From Marsupella aquatica (lineage: Eukaryota; Plantae; Marchantiophyta): 64,000 nt of DNA. The notes beneath the pieces are model-generated. The model had not been told where the DNA came from. It made no database searches and saw only the letters and a list, made by a program, of their open reading frames with translations. Made by a program: the position numbers and the translations under genes. The stretch lies in contig OZ316895.1 in the NCBI GenBank assembly GCA_973895155.1, positions 14,700,816 through 14,764,815 of the forward strand. Direction: 5' to 3'. This document shows positions 63,138 through 64,000 of this stretch, one piece after another (the first letter of the stretch is position 1; each line of letters opens with the position of its first letter).

Positions 63138-64000
63138 TTTCAAAGGAGGGGGGTGGGAACTTTGTACTTGGGAAGCCGGCCGAAATGATAATTCTACTAG
63201 CCAAGAAGACAACTCCACAGCAAACTACGGCCTTCCAAAAAACCCTAAAACTCGAACATCCTCTACTAGGTTGAAGTCACTTCCGGCGAAGCTCCAGTTG
63301 CAAAACCCTGAGCTCAAATCTCGTCCTATTGCCGACCCAGGACCAAAGACCTTCCCGAATGGCACAACTCAAGTCACAAGAAAATTGCCCAGTTCCAACA
63401 TGCCGCTAACTCCAACCCGTGGAATCTTAAAACCGTGCCCCTGGAGTCACCTTGAATGGACCGGTTCTGAAACAAGCTCGAGGAGGAAATTTCCCAATTT
63501 CCAATCATTCTCTTGGTAAAACCCCCCAGAACGTCCAAGTACAGCTATCTCCCATCAAACTGATTCCCACTAGACAGATCGGCAACAAATTCTTGGATAC
63601 CTGCCTTCATTTCTGACCTAACCTCACCACTCTTTTCTCAACCTCTCTCTTGGTCCTCCCCAATTCGGTGGAGGTGCTTCTTAGTGTGCACTCAACAGCT
63701 ACAACAGAGTCGTCAACTTCGCAAGCAATCGTCTCCTCTCCTCTCCTCTCCTCTCCTCTCCAGTCCTCAAAACAATTCGGTTGAGGTGTAAGCAAAGAGC
63801 AGCTACTACAGAGTCCTCGGGGCAAGCAAGGAGAAAGAATTACAGTGATGGAAAGGTGAATGCCATGACCTCGATTGTCACGAAGTCCTTGGCTGTCTCG
63901 TTTGCTTTCTTGCACACTCTCCCTCGTGAAGCTCCAAATTCAATGGCGTCTGTAAATTCCATTCCCTTCCACCAGCTTGGTCGCCTTCCCATTCCACCCT

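Overview
Eukaryotic, transposon-rich land-plant DNA. A bryophyte, probably a liverwort, is my inference from the gene style and is not proven. Host genes: a multi-exon PrimPol (~9956-16226, +), a single-exon UDP-glucuronate 4-epimerase (32047-33369, +) and an intronless SDS22/PPP1R7-like LRR gene (61959-63137, -). Mobile elements: (1) a decayed Ty3/Gypsy LTR retrotransposon (~550-6507) with a DNMT3-like C5-cytosine methyltransferase between protease and RT and a PHD finger after the integrase, head-to-head with a second copy; (2) a 705-bp non-autonomous Helitron; (3) an old foldback element; (4) a recent but disrupted Ty1/Copia element (51175-57215); and (5) the best candidate for an undescribed system, a 12,796-bp DNA transposon (37806-50601). 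That element has perfect 26-bp TIRs and a 5-bp TSD (ACAGA). It encodes a Sola/DUF7869-like DD(E/D) transposase fused to three Tnp1/En/Spm-like domains. Divergently it encodes a spliced cargo gene joining a ParB/Srx-like domain to an N4/N6 (beta-class) DNA methyltransferase-like domain, followed by an FCP1/NIF-type HAD phosphatase domain. It also carries two unrelated arrays of 21-bp palindromes sharing a TCG-N9-CGA core, and TTTGG subterminal motifs phased at ~21.5 bp. All domain calls are by-eye motif recognition, not database searches.
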